DNA of 64,000 bases from a virus. Lineage: Duplodnaviria > Caudoviricetes. The notes beneath the pieces were generated by a model. That model was not told the origin of the DNA, searched no databases, and saw only the letters and a list, made by a program, of their open reading frames with translations. The DNA is taken from positions 37,522 to 101,521 of IMG/VR virus record IMGVR_UViG_3300024268_000035; one strand, given 5' to 3'. Shown piece by piece: positions 18,468-28,574 of this stretch. Every line of letters starts with the position of its first letter. The first letter of the stretch is position 1. The translations under genes were made by a program, and so were the position numbers.

Positions 18468-18905
18468 TCACAGTCTGTATGGAGCTACTGCCTGCAAAAC
18501 TTTTGCTCTGGGGTTATTCTTGACTGGCGTATAAACCGCTTCGCCATTGCTGAATACAGCACTGCAGAATACTTCTTCAAAACCGTACTGGTCAGCCATC
18601 CGACTCAGAATTCGATTGATCTTGTTTGTCTCACTGGTATGACGGCGGATTGCAACGCTGCGAAACATATCGAAGTAGTACCGGCAATCATCGTTATCCA
18701 GTTCATCCAGATCGTAGTTTTCTTCTACATAAAACTGGATACCATAATAATGACCACTCTCTACCGAAATCTTGTGAAAGAGAAAAGAGTGATTCAGTTC
18801 TTCCAGAGCTTCCTCTATATCGCGGACAAGGAAATAGTCTTCCTCATCGTAATCACGAATGAACAGATTGAAATTGTCCATCTTTTTGAAATTTGCACAT
18901 GACAT
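18468..18905 (-). CDS. hypothetical protein
   Basis: GAGGTG RBS right after a promoter copy. Confidence 0.75.
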   Translation of the reverse strand: MSCANFKKMDNFNLFIRDYDEEDYFLVRDIEEALEELNHSFLFHKISVESGHYYGIQFYVEENYDLDELDNDDCRYYFDMFRSVAIRRHTSETNKINRILSRMADQYGFEEVFCSAVFSNGEAVYTPVKNNPRAKVLQAVAPYRL

Positions 18906-18974
18906 AATATCACCTCTCTATTACAACTAACTATATTTCTGCGGAACAATTAACCTGTCCGGAAGAATATTTTC

Positions 18975-19208
18975 TTACCCGCGATGGAGTTCAGAGGAAT
19001 CAAAATAGACGATGATTCCATCGTCTGCTTCCATTTTTGCGGTAGTATGAGAAACGCTGCGGATGATCCCGGTGATGAATTTTCTGCGTCCCAGAATCAT
19101 CATTGCCTTTTCACGGGAAATAGGTTCGCCGTGCAGTTTATAGGTTGTCTGTCTTTGGTGTAAAGCGTCCTCCATAGGATGTTGGCTGATTTGTTCTTCA
19201 CTTACCAT
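18975..19208 (-). CDS. hypothetical protein
   Basis: Overlapping ORF in gene train. Confidence 0.55.
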   Translation of the reverse strand: MVSEEQISQHPMEDALHQRQTTYKLHGEPISREKAMMILGRRKFITGIIRSVSHTTAKMEADDGIIVYFDSSELHRG

Positions 19209-19390
19209 ACCTGCTTCCAGCCTTTCTGCTTTACAGTTTTGTTCAGTTCTTCTTCACGCTTGTCTGCGGCTTCCTGTTCGCTATCGTCCGGATAATCGGA
19301 AACATCCAGATCGACAACATCTACTTCGATTTCACAATCGGCATACACAGCCTGTACCATGCCGCCTTCCACCTTGATAATAATTTTCAT
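19202..19390 (-). CDS. hypothetical protein
   Basis: GGAGGG RBS; IIIKVEGGMVQAVY N-terminus. Confidence 0.7.
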   Translation of the reverse strand: MKIIIKVEGGMVQAVYADCEIEVDVVDLDVSDYPDDSEQEAADKREEELNKTVKQKGWKQVW

Positions 19391-19648
19391 TTTGCACCCT
19401 CCTGATTTTGCTTTTTATATAATTCGATATACAGTGGCGAATCTTCACCAGCACAGTTGAGTTCAAGTTCGTCAAATACCTCTCCGTCAATTATGCCTAC
19501 AACATCCATATCTCCGTTATAAGACATCGTTTCTTTTAGGATTTCGATCAACTTGCTTAATTTCATAATTATAACTCCTTTGGATTGACAGATAACAGAA
19601 TACCGCCCATCGTAGATTCCGACAGGCGGCGTTCTGTTTTACTTCTGT

Positions 19649-20575
19649 TTACTTTACTCCGACCAGTTCAGCGGTACGATCCAGCAGTTTGTGACCGTCC
19701 ATGATCCGGTTCCAGTTGTTTGCGCGGTAGTCCTGCGTCTTGCGGAGCGGTTCGGAGTGTGTTACCATATCACTCATGGCATTGACAACACCCCATGCAG
19801 TGTTCAGGTACATAGCGATGTCAGGACGAAGGTAGCATACCATAAATTCTTCTTTTGCTTTCTGGGCAGTAGTCTTCCTGCGTTCGGTATCGTTTTCATC
19901 AACCGGGAACATTTCATCCAGAATTTTGTTCAGCTCATCGTCGGTGACTCTCTTGTTAGCGAGTTTCTCTGCGTATTCGGAAAGCTCATCCATATAGGTA
20001 TCTGCCAGTTCCAGACAGATTCTTGCTTCCTGCATCTTCTGGTTGATGTCGCCGACGTGTTTGGTAGACCACTGACGACGGGCGGTATTCAAGGCAAGAT
20101 TCAGGGTATTATTGCATACCACTCTGATGGGTGTCATACAGACGCGGATCGCACCGGAACCGTCGTGCGTATTGGAGAAACAGAGGTAAGGTTCCACTTC
20201 ATCGTCGATCACCTTGCGGGTAGGCATCTTGGCAAGGAGCCAGATTTTTCTGCCGTCCTGTAGGCTGCCTGCGGTTTCGTATCGAACGTCTCCGCCGACA
20301 AGTTCATCAGTGAAGCTGAAGGCTTCGGTATTCTGGACGATCTGGTATCTGTCGCTGACCACGCCCAGCACCTTGCCATCCGTGCTGCGGACGTTTGCCT
20401 TGAAGTTTTCGATCTTTGCGCCACCGCACACCTGAATGCTGCGCTGCTTTACTTCCCAGTCCAGACCGGCAAGACGGAGAGCGTCTGCGCTGGTGGGAGC
20501 TTCCTGCACCATCGTGCCAAGACCGTGCCACGGAACCTCACGAACATAGAACATAGATTCAACATTTGCTGCCAT
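19649..20575 (-). CDS. DUF932/DUF945-family phage/plasmid protein
   Basis: PWHGLG, AGLDWEV, YQIVQN, YETAGSL..GRKIW, HDGSG, RVVCNNTL. Confidence 0.85.
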   Translation of the reverse strand: MAANVESMFYVREVPWHGLGTMVQEAPTSADALRLAGLDWEVKQRSIQVCGGAKIENFKANVRSTDGKVLGVVSDRYQIVQNTEAFSFTDELVGGDVRYETAGSLQDGRKIWLLAKMPTRKVIDDEVEPYLCFSNTHDGSGAIRVCMTPIRVVCNNTLNLALNTARRQWSTKHVGDINQKMQEARICLELADTYMDELSEYAEKLANKRVTDDELNKILDEMFPVDENDTERRKTTAQKAKEEFMVCYLRPDIAMYLNTAWGVVNAMSDMVTHSEPLRKTQDYRANNWNRIMDGHKLLDRTAELVGVK

Positions 20576-20819
20576 AATTTTATCCTCTCAATTCTGCTTT
20601 TTTTGATTTGGGATTCGATCCCCTATTACAACTAACTGTTGTCATACGGTTTAATTAACCGGATTTTGAGATTTTTTGAAATTTATTTTGCCAGCCAGAA
20701 ATTCTCACCCAGCTTTACAAGGTTGTACTTTTTCTGCATCTGACGGAATTTCTTTTCAGTCGTACAGATGTACGGGTTGCTTCCGTCTGCGAATTTGATA
20801 TGCTGCCAGTTAAAAGGTT

Positions 20820-21308
20820 TCATCCGAAGTCCACATCCTCCTCACACAGAATCATGGAGTAGCTGATAGATGTGATGTACTTGATGTCTGCCATTTTCAT
20901 GAATTTCAGCATCATGTCATTGGCATCGACAGCGGAGATCATGTAACCGCGATTGGTTCCGTTCTGAAGGGTAGCGATTACTGCGAATTTTTCCAGACGG
21001 GGTACTCCTAACTCTGCCAGTTTTTCCGTCAGCTCATCTTCGGAGCATCCAGAAAATATATCGCCTTTACAATACGGGCAAGTGCAAAAGGTATGATATG
21101 CTGTGACTTTCTTATTGCAGAGCTTATCATTGGTGAAATAGTTGCCGCAGGCTTCACACTGGACAATCTTACCTTTTTCAATGGCGTCATCACAGCACGA
21201 CTTACACAGTATGTATTTATCTTCCATACCGGGATTGATTTCGCAGTAACATTCAAAGTTTGCGTCCCTGATGATTCTGCGACAGGTCTTACAAATAAGA
21301 TGGTTCAT
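20820..21308 (-). CDS. Cys-rich (zinc-binding) hypothetical protein
   Basis: Multiple CxxC motifs. Confidence 0.7.
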   Translation of the reverse strand: MNHLICKTCRRIIRDANFECYCEINPGMEDKYILCKSCCDDAIEKGKIVQCEACGNYFTNDKLCNKKVTAYHTFCTCPYCKGDIFSGCSEDELTEKLAELGVPRLEKFAVIATLQNGTNRGYMISAVDANDMMLKFMKMADIKYITSISYSMILCEEDVDFG

Positions 21309-21320
21309 CTTTTACCTCGC

Positions 21321-21515
21321 TTATTTTTCATAAAGGTAATTGCCTTTTGCGTCTTCGACGATGATGATTTCGCCTTCGATGTTTTCCGCTTCACCAAAGT
21401 CTGCGCTGTCCCATTCTTCTTCGGCTTTTTCCTTTGCTTCTTCAAGGTCTTCGGCTTCAACCTCAGCCACATATCTGGCTTCGATTTTATAGGTAACATA
21501 GAATTTCTTTTTCAT
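21321..21515 (-). CDS. small acidic hypothetical protein
   Basis: AAGGA RBS; VEAEDLEEAKEKA. Confidence 0.7.
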   Translation of the reverse strand: MKKKFYVTYKIEARYVAEVEAEDLEEAKEKAEEEWDSADFGEAENIEGEIIIVEDAKGNYLYEK

Positions 21516-21589
21516 GATGATTTCCTTTCTGGTTTTGTTTCTATTATAACTAACCGCTGAACGATCCGATAATTAACCGGAATCTGAAA

Positions 21590-21784
21590 TTATTTTTCTT
21601 TGATTTCGATATGGAGAACGCCGTCCTTGACGGAAAGTTCCGATACCTTACGGTGGTCAAGTCCGGTATAATCCAGAAGCTCCATTGCCGTACCTTCAAA
21701 CATGATACGGCGGGATTTCTTGTTGATAAGTACGACTTTCTGATCCGGGTTCCCAAGGATCATTGTCAGATCATAAAGTTTCAT
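21590..21784 (-). CDS. hypothetical protein
   Basis: GGAGG RBS; ATG 21784. Confidence 0.6.
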   Translation of the reverse strand: MKLYDLTMILGNPDQKVVLINKKSRRIMFEGTAMELLDYTGLDHRKVSELSVKDGVLHIEIKEK

Positions 21785-21895
21785 AGGGCAACCTCCATTT
21801 GTAGTTGTATTTATGGGGTAGGGTTTTTGATAACGGAAGCCCTCCAAAACCGCAATAGCTGCATCTCTGGCACCTCCCATCAGGATTTGATGTTG

Positions 21896-22201
21896 TCAGG
21901 CAAATATCATCTTGTCACCGCGCTCCGTGATTTCACCACGGAAGCAGTTGCCGCAGTACATCCACACACCGGGAGCGATCCGGGTGAAGGTCAGATAGGT
22001 ATTGCGGTAGTTGCCTGTGTCCGGGTCTTTCCGCATAGAATAGGGTTCGCCGAGCTGGGAACATCTGCTGCTCATACAGGCAGGCGGCATACAATCCATG
22101 AAGTCATCCACCACAGCCTGCGAAACATAGTCGCCGATTTTTGCGGTACTGGTATCAAATTCGCCCTCCTGAATAACGGGCTTATTGTTGTAGGTAGTCA
22201 T
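21896..22201 (-). CDS. hypothetical protein
   Basis: AAGGAGG RBS after a promoter copy. Confidence 0.75.
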   Translation of the reverse strand: MTTYNNKPVIQEGEFDTSTAKIGDYVSQAVVDDFMDCMPPACMSSRCSQLGEPYSMRKDPDTGNYRNTYLTFTRIAPGVWMYCGNCFRGEITERGDKMIFA

Positions 22202-22261
22202 TGTAAATCCTCCTTGATGTGTTGTCCACCTATTACAACTAACTGCCGATCATGGCGGAAA

Positions 22262-22672
22262 TTAACCTTGATGAACGAAATTTTTGAAGTTTTCTTCTGC
22301 GCGAATAGATTGGATAAATGCCTTATAGCTGTCAATTTCTTTGGTACTTTCATCCATCTGCATTCGCAGGTCATTTACTTCTCGTATGGATTCATCACGA
22401 AAAGTCGTTCGCAGGGAATGAAGTATGGTGTTTACCGGTTCGATCCAGCTTTCGCGGATGACTTCGCCATCCAGAACGACCTGCTCAAACAGCTTCACAT
22501 CGTTGATACAGTCAGGATCGTTCGTGCTGCACATCCGGAAAAACATAACCAGATAGAAAGAAAGAGCTTCATCCAGTGAAGGGAAGCTCTTAATTCTTTC
22601 TTCTTCTCGTTCAGTGTATTCTACCTGATACCGGGTTTCGATCTTTACGCTTTCTTTCTGGTATGAAATCAT
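22262..22672 (-). CDS. hypothetical protein
   Basis: AAGGAG RBS; ATG 22672. Confidence 0.7.
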   Translation of the reverse strand: MISYQKESVKIETRYQVEYTEREEERIKSFPSLDEALSFYLVMFFRMCSTNDPDCINDVKLFEQVVLDGEVIRESWIEPVNTILHSLRTTFRDESIREVNDLRMQMDESTKEIDSYKAFIQSIRAEENFKNFVHQG

Positions 22673-22712
22673 GGGTATCTCCTTATGTATAAATATACAG
22701 TATTTATGTATA

Positions 22713-23396
22713 TCAGGTATTTTCGGTGGTTTTGGGGCGGAAATTGCGGTTAAAGGTATTGCTATAGGCGCATACGCCATTCCAGTCGTTGTAGGTAACT
22801 TTTTCCGTCTGGTCGCCGTTCTGAAAAATCAGATTTGCTCTGGGCGGGTTTCCGTCATCCGTTCGTCTTCTGGTTCCGCAGATAAGCCACTTTGCAAAGT
22901 CTTCACGACGGGAGACTTCACGCAGATAATAGTTTTCGGATTCGGTTCCGCGATATACTTCCCGTCCGGTTCCGCATTCGATTTCAACAAACTCCACGGG
23001 GATGATCTTTTCGGGATTTCTGGTCAGATCGTTGTGATAGTCGTTCTGGGGGATTTCTACGAAATAGGTATTTAATCTGCGAATGAGTACAGCATGATCC
23101 TTGATATACTCTACGCCCAGCATCTCAAATTCCTTTTTGGGAAGAAAAACATAGTCCTGAACATCTCTGCAGGAGCATATCACCTTGATCCAGTCATCCA
23201 TATTGATGTTGAACTCGCTGTACTCGCGGCGGTCTTCTTCGGTAGGTTCAGTGAATGTGGTTACAAACTCCGCAGCTTCGATGGAATAGAAATCTTCGTC
23301 GCAGTCGAAGCACTGATAGGTATATTCCGGATTGTCAGACTTTGCAAGCACTTTACCGCATTTCGGGCAGCGGTAGGATATGTGTTTTTCGTTCAT
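22713..23396 (-). CDS. zinc-ribbon hypothetical protein
   Basis: CPKC...CFDC N-terminus. Confidence 0.7.
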   Translation of the reverse strand: MNEKHISYRCPKCGKVLAKSDNPEYTYQCFDCDEDFYSIEAAEFVTTFTEPTEEDRREYSEFNINMDDWIKVICSCRDVQDYVFLPKKEFEMLGVEYIKDHAVLIRRLNTYFVEIPQNDYHNDLTRNPEKIIPVEFVEIECGTGREVYRGTESENYYLREVSRREDFAKWLICGTRRRTDDGNPPRANLIFQNGDQTEKVTYNDWNGVCAYSNTFNRNFRPKTTENT

Positions 23397-23620
23397 GATT
23401 TTTCACTCCATTCTTGAGCTTTCAGCTCATCATTGACTTGTTTGTAATTTTTGTTTCGCCAGTCGTTGATGTGCTTACATATCCAACGACCTTTTCTCCA
23501 TTTATGCACGGTCATTCCGTAGGTTCCGAAAACAATGTAACCGCCCGGAATATCCCAGTCGAAACTTTCTTCTCGCTGACCGATCTGACGGAGTTCTTCC
23601 CATTCAGTTTTCGTGAACAT
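23393..23620 (-). CDS. hypothetical protein
   Basis: Overlapping gene train. Confidence 0.6.
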   Translation of the reverse strand: MFTKTEWEELRQIGQREESFDWDIPGGYIVFGTYGMTVHKWRKGRWICKHINDWRNKNYKQVNDELKAQEWSEKS

Positions 23621-23858
23621 TTTTGTTTTCCTTTTTCAGAAATTCTTTGGCACAGTCAGGGCATCGGATAAGATCACTTTCCTGCATGATCTTCCGGTAT
23701 CCATCCTCTCCCACGGCATCTTTCAGGCATTTGGAACAGAATATACTTCCGCAGACCTCGCAGCCCCACATTTCACCGTGGATTTCATCGGTTTTGTCCC
23801 ATTCGATTTCCGTCTCACAGAAATCACATGAGTAAAGGTTTTCGTTGATATACGGCAT
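23604..23858 (-). CDS. Cys-rich hypothetical protein
   Basis: GGAGGTG RBS after a promoter copy; four CxxC. Confidence 0.7.
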   Translation of the reverse strand: MPYINENLYSCDFCETEIEWDKTDEIHGEMWGCEVCGSIFCSKCLKDAVGEDGYRKIMQESDLIRCPDCAKEFLKKENKNVHEN

Positions 23859-23921
23859 CCAGTATCACCTCCTATTATAACTAACTGCCGTCAATACAGA
23901 TAATTAACCAGAAAACAAAAA

Positions 23922-23947
23922 AGCGGGAAAGATTTTGCCTTCCCGCT
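23922..23947 (-). terminator. intrinsic terminator
   Basis: AGCGGGAA/TTCCCGCT hairpin followed by a T-run on the minus strand. Confidence 0.65.
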
Positions 23948-23951
23948 ATTC

Positions 23952-24170
23952 TTAATCTGTGATGATATAAAGAACCAGAGAATCCATACCGGATTTCTGA
24001 TCGTAGCTTGATGTGATACGGTCAATCCTGTATTCTCCGTATTCATTTACAGCATACTCAATAGAACATCCGCTGTCCAATGTTCTTTGCTTTGTTTGAT
24101 CCCAGACAATAGCCCACTGAAGATTGCCGGTTACACTGCGAAGGATCGGCTTCAGGTCTTTGAGCTTCAT
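23952..24170 (-). CDS. hypothetical protein
   Basis: AGGAGG RBS. Confidence 0.7.
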   Translation of the reverse strand: MKLKDLKPILRSVTGNLQWAIVWDQTKQRTLDSGCSIEYAVNEYGEYRIDRITSSYDQKSGMDSLVLYIITD

Positions 24171-24182
24171 ATATACCTCCTG

Positions 24183-24581
24183 TTATACAGCGTAAATCAG
24201 TTTTACGCCGTCGCGTTCTGCGTGGAATGCTTCTGCCACAGGGCAGTCATAGCACAGTGCGGTGTTGCATTTTCTGGGGCTTCGGCAGGCTCGTCCATCC
24301 ACTCCGCAAATCACAGGCACTTCTTTCTTTGCATGGAGGACGATCCGGCATCCGGTCAGCTTTTCGGAAATCAGGGTTTTCAGATAATTCAAGGCATATT
24401 CATCCTTATCAAAATACTGGCTTTCGATCTTCCAACGCCAGATGCTTCCTTTATCATCCTTCGGAAGCTCCGTAATCTTGATTTCTTTGCCGTTTGTCAA
24501 GTGGATGATGTATCTGTTATCGCTGACCTGCTCTGCATTCAGATACAGGCTGTCAGTGATGTACATTTTCATTTTACTCAT
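24183..24581 (-). CDS. hypothetical protein
   Basis: AGGAGG RBS. Confidence 0.7.
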   Translation of the reverse strand: MSKMKMYITDSLYLNAEQVSDNRYIIHLTNGKEIKITELPKDDKGSIWRWKIESQYFDKDEYALNYLKTLISEKLTGCRIVLHAKKEVPVICGVDGRACRSPRKCNTALCYDCPVAEAFHAERDGVKLIYAV

Positions 24582-24591
24582 GTGTTTCCTC

Positions 24592-24852
24592 CTATAATAC
24601 GCCCAGCTCTTTCAGGGCGGTTCTGCCGAGAGTGTAGATATGAGAATCTCCGCAGTTATACTTTCTGTACCATTCGCAGATGGTATTTGTACCGATAAAT
24701 GCTCTCAGGCATTCCCATGTCAGACGCTCATCGTAATTGATGTATTCATGACTCTTTTTCAGGCGAGGTGCGTACTCCTTGATTTTTGCAAGGTTCTTTG
24801 AAAAAGCGGATTTCACTTCGGGAAATTCATCCGCCAGTTTCATTCTGGGCAT
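24592..24852 (-). CDS. hypothetical protein
   Basis: AAGGAG RBS after a promoter copy. Confidence 0.7.
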   Translation of the reverse strand: MPRMKLADEFPEVKSAFSKNLAKIKEYAPRLKKSHEYINYDERLTWECLRAFIGTNTICEWYRKYNCGDSHIYTLGRTALKELGVL

Positions 24853-24921
24853 TTGTTTTGCTCCTTTGTTGTGTTTGAGTTCCTATTATAACTAACTGTC
24901 CGGAAACGTGAAAATTAACCG

Positions 24922-25335
24922 TTAGCCGTAAATTACTTCATTAAAAACGGCAAACTGGAGAATCTGATCTGCGGCTTCTCCGTCCATATCATCAATGCCG
25001 GTACGTCCATCCGACGCAACGAGCTTCATATAGTCACGGAAGCCATTCAGAAGGGAAGACAGGGGGAGATCATAGTCTTCGTCGTCCTCTCTGTCGTAGA
25101 CTTTCAGAATTCCGCCGTGTTCCAGAATTTCGGCGCATACATCTTCATAGCAGATGTCTTCTGGATTCTTCTTTTCTTTGGTCATCCGATCCACAAGGCG
25201 CAGTCTGGCAGCTTCATAATCATTTTCATCCCAGCAGATTTCCGCCCAGTAATCAAATCCGCCGCCCTCCATTGCAAGCAGGTTTACGATGTCGTCCGTA
25301 GTGATAACAGTTTCGATAATGATTTTATGTTCCAT
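24922..25335 (-). CDS. hypothetical phage protein
   Basis: GGFDYW...DGEAADQILQFAVFNEVIYG. Confidence 0.75.
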   Translation of the reverse strand: MEHKIIIETVITTDDIVNLLAMEGGGFDYWAEICWDENDYEAARLRLVDRMTKEKKNPEDICYEDVCAEILEHGGILKVYDREDDEDYDLPLSSLLNGFRDYMKLVASDGRTGIDDMDGEAADQILQFAVFNEVIYG

Positions 25336-25338
25336 TTT

Positions 25339-25548
25339 TTATTCCTCCGATATGCTATTTATCGCTGTTAAACCGAACAAACTGCCATCTGATTCAAGTG
25401 ATCCGACAAATTTGATCCAGTTTAGATATATCCTTTTCCATTTTTCGATCTCTTCTGGGCTATTTGATTTTGCGGCACTTTTTACTTTTTCTACCAGCAA
25501 ATTTGTTATCTCAGAAGATGTTTCTCCATAAAGAATTACTCTTTCCAT
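25339..25548 (-). CDS. hypothetical protein
   Basis: ORF in gene train. Confidence 0.55.
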   Translation of the reverse strand: MERVILYGETSSEITNLLVEKVKSAAKSNSPEEIEKWKRIYLNWIKFVGSLESDGSLFGLTAINSISEE

Positions 25549-25558
25549 TGGTTTTCAC

Positions 25559-25840
25559 CTACACTTCCGATTCATCCATTTCGCTGGATTCTTTTTCGTG
25601 CTTTTCGATGATCCGCTTATACTTTTCCGGCATTTTATGATACATCCGGATTTTATGTGCGCTGCTATACATATCCAGATAAACCTCCGTCACGACGGTA
25701 GTTTTCAGTCCGTCGCCATACATCAGGATGTCGCCGCATCCGAGAACGGGATCACGCATCTGGATGATCTCGCCGCCTTTTTCGATGTACTCATTCATGA
25801 GCTTATCCACGGCGGAGCTGGTATATAATGATTGGGTCAT
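25559..25840 (-). CDS. hypothetical protein
   Basis: GGAGG RBS after a promoter copy. Confidence 0.7.
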   Translation of the reverse strand: MTQSLYTSSAVDKLMNEYIEKGGEIIQMRDPVLGCGDILMYGDGLKTTVVTEVYLDMYSSAHKIRMYHKMPEKYKRIIEKHEKESSEMDESEV

Positions 25841-25948
25841 GGTGTGTCCTCCGTTTTGTTCGTTTTGTTTTCCCTCTATTACAACTTACTGCGTAGAACG
25901 GGATAAATTAACCGGTAAAATAAAAAAATGCAGAAAAATCTGCATTGG

Positions 25949-25978
25949 TTGACTTTGGTTGGTATTGTGTGGTATAAT
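25949..25978 (+). promoter_or_regulatory. sigma-A promoter
   Basis: TTGACT-N18-TATAAT with extended TG. Confidence 0.7.
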
Positions 25979-26027
25979 GTGAATGGTTCGGTATATTCAA
26001 AATTCTACATAAAAGGAAGTATAATAT

Positions 26028-26426
26028 ATGGCACTCATAAAATGTCCGGATTGCGGAAAGGAAGTCAGCGACAGAGCGAAAGCCTGCATCCACTGCGGCT
26101 GTCCTTTGGATGAAATTGTAACAAGCGGAGTTGTACGCATTAAGATTCCGAACAATATTGTCACCGGATGGGCAGGGCTGTTCTCATCCCGCAGAGCAGT
26201 GATAACCTCCGATGGTGGTGAAACAGTTTGGGAAGGCAGCCACGGAGACAATGCCAGCTTTACGATTGATAAACCGATGAACATCCAGATTGATCTTGGC
26301 GGCTGGGCAAATCCGGTTATGGGAACCGTAGAGCCTAAAAAGAAATATTCCTGTGTTCAGGATATGGGCGTTCATATGCTTGCAACATATCGACTGACGG
26401 AAGTTGATGTGATTGATGCAGACTGA
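26028..26426 (+). CDS. zinc-ribbon domain protein
   Basis: MALIKCPDCGKEVSDRAKACIHCG. Confidence 0.8.
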   Translation: MALIKCPDCGKEVSDRAKACIHCGCPLDEIVTSGVVRIKIPNNIVTGWAGLFSSRRAVITSDGGETVWEGSHGDNASFTIDKPMNIQIDLGGWANPVMGTVEPKKKYSCVQDMGVHMLATYRLTEVDVIDAD

Positions 26427-26428
26427 AG

Positions 26429-26731
26429 GTGATAGAGGTGTTTGACAGAAAAGCAATACTTGAAATGGCAAAAGAAAATCCGGAGTTGAAACGATATATA
26501 AGTAAAATTGATGAAAGTTTCAAAATTAAATTTGATAATAAACCTTGCGTCTGTTCATTTTGCAATGGGAAATCGCCGCATTCAAGATGTATTTTAGGAT
26601 ATGAAAACAGAGAAGTAGCATATATGTGTGAGAGATGCTTTCAGTCTATGTACAATTCCGCATTACTTTCAGATGCTGTAATTCAAATCGAAAAAGAAAA
26701 AGCAAGAACAGAAAATAATACCGAAAATTAA
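26429..26731 (+). CDS. hypothetical Cys-containing protein
   Basis: CSFC..CERC; followed by a terminator hairpin at ~26740-26772. Confidence 0.55.
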   Translation: MIEVFDRKAILEMAKENPELKRYISKIDESFKIKFDNKPCVCSFCNGKSPHSRCILGYENREVAYMCERCFQSMYNSALLSDAVIQIEKEKARTENNTEN

Positions 26732-26819
26732 ATAAAACGAAGAGAGCTAAGTTGTATAACCCAGCTCTCTTTTCTGTTCATGTTCTGGTGGATGCTGTTC
26801 ATGATCCAGTAGGCGATTT

Positions 26820-27050
26820 TCAGTCATTATTAGCGCATTCAGAGTTTAATGTGATATTCTGAAATGCGCCTTCTCTCTGCATGGTTTCATAAATTGCCCG
26901 CTTGATAAACTCATTTGCCGATTCGCCTTTTGATTCTGCGTACATCCGAATTATTTCCCTGTCACCTTTTTTTACACGAACTTTAATATCATCGTAATTA
27001 TTTTTCATGTATTTTGCTACTGCGCGTTGGTTTGCTTTCGGTACTGACAT
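26820..27050 (-). CDS. ribbon-helix-helix DNA-binding protein
   Basis: YDDIKVRVKKGDREII..YAESKGESANEFIKRAI. Confidence 0.7.
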   Translation of the reverse strand: MSVPKANQRAVAKYMKNNYDDIKVRVKKGDREIIRMYAESKGESANEFIKRAIYETMQREGAFQNITLNSECANND

Positions 27051-27070
27051 TATAAACACCTCCATCTACT

Positions 27071-27208
27071 ATTATAACATAAATATATATAGGGTACAAT
27101 ATGCCATTTGCACAAAAATACACATAAATCATTTTCAAATATTGTATTCAAATATTGTACCCGATATTGGGCGAAAATCTTGACATATTGTACCCGATAT
27201 GATATAAT
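27071..27208. promoter_or_regulatory. divergent promoters with three ATATTGTACCC operators
   Basis: TTGACA-N17-TATAAT at 27180-27208; minus-strand TTGTAC-N17-TATAAT; repeats at ~27092 (inverted), ~27152 and ~27185. Confidence 0.65.
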
Positions 27209-27337
27209 ATATATAAAGAAAAACCGAGGGACGCAACCCCTCGGTTTCGCCTGACGGTCAAGAGGTTCAACCATCAAGCCAGCTTGCGCTGCACCTCTAT
27301 TATATCACACCGCAGGTCTATTGTAAAGAGGTATTTT

Positions 27338-27910
27338 ATGAACGTATCCATTACCAATCCCAACAGACGCGACAGCGAACCCGTAGCTGTGATCCAGCTT
27401 AACACCCAGCCGCACAATATCAGATTCTCCCATGTGGAACACTGCAACTGTCTCTTTGTGAAGCTCGTCCATTTTCCGTACAAGGAAATCATGAACCATC
27501 TTTCATCCATTGAAGACGGTGAAGTGATCCAGCTTAAAGGCTACATCCGTATTTGTATCAAGAAACAGTACACTACATACTATTTTGTAGTACGTTACGG
27601 TGTCCGTGTCGGCGGAGCTTCCAAAAACCAGTACACGGTGACAGAGAAGGAAAGATTATATCCGATTGAAGCGGAACGGGTTCATCTTTTCAATCTCACC
27701 CGTGCGTATCTGTCCCGCCTGTATGAGTTTAACACCCAGCGTGATGCAGATTTGCTTGCATCCTATTTCAAGGCGTTTATCACTCCGCCCACGCTTGAAG
27801 CAATTTCCGAACGGCTGACCGAAGAAGAAAGGCAGAGAGCTTTAAGAACCCTTTGTGCTATCTTCGATTTCGATCCTCCTATTACAACTAACCGTCCCCA
27901 ATCCAGATAA
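27338..27910 (+). CDS. hypothetical protein
   Basis: AAGAGG RBS; ATG 27338. Confidence 0.65.
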   Translation: MNVSITNPNRRDSEPVAVIQLNTQPHNIRFSHVEHCNCLFVKLVHFPYKEIMNHLSSIEDGEVIQLKGYIRICIKKQYTTYYFVVRYGVRVGGASKNQYTVTEKERLYPIEAERVHLFNLTRAYLSRLYEFNTQRDADLLASYFKAFITPPTLEAISERLTEEERQRALRTLCAIFDFDPPITTNRPQSR

Positions 27911-27972
27911 TTAACCAAACAACGAAAAAAAGGCAGGGAATTTTTCATCCCTGCCAATTTTGTTTTCATCTG

Positions 27973-28383
27973 TTATGCGAATACGAACGGGTTGTTGAGC
28001 TGCTTCATGTTTTCGTTTGCCAGTCGCAGAATTTCTTCATCTGTTATGGTTCCGGACAGCTTGCACAGAAGATCGAAATTCTTTCTGGGCTGCATATCTC
28101 CCATGACTACATCCACACCCAGACCGGAAGACTTCATGAATCCGGGGGTATCGCAGTCAACCCAGATCGACAGGTGAAGTACCGGACGAACGCCCACGGT
28201 CTTCCAGTTTTCGCGGACTTCGGTATATTCCAGCTTTGCCTGAAGGGTTTTCCCGCCGTCCAGTTTCAGCGACTTTACCGCTTTTTTATCACCGCTCATA
28301 AGGAAACTGTGAAGATCAAAACCGAATCCGTTTGTCAGCTTTTCGTTCCACTTGTTGAGCTGTTCTCTTGTACACTTTGCCAT
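27973..28383 (-). CDS. hypothetical protein
   Basis: GGGAGG RBS; followed by a hairpin terminator at ~27932-27955. Confidence 0.75.
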   Translation of the reverse strand: MAKCTREQLNKWNEKLTNGFGFDLHSFLMSGDKKAVKSLKLDGGKTLQAKLEYTEVRENWKTVGVRPVLHLSIWVDCDTPGFMKSSGLGVDVVMGDMQPRKNFDLLCKLSGTITDEEILRLANENMKQLNNPFVFA

Positions 28384-28574
28384 TTTTATATCCTCCCTTT
28401 ATGCCTTTACGAATGTTAAGATTTTTCTGCCGATATATACCGGGTATTCACTGCCTGCGCTTTTCCGCGCTTTATTGTACAGCTCCTTGAATTTGTCTGT
28501 ACTCTTGCAGAGATTCCGTGCTTCCAGAATCCCCGCGTCCTTGTCGTTGATAATGTATCTCATGCTATCCTCCG

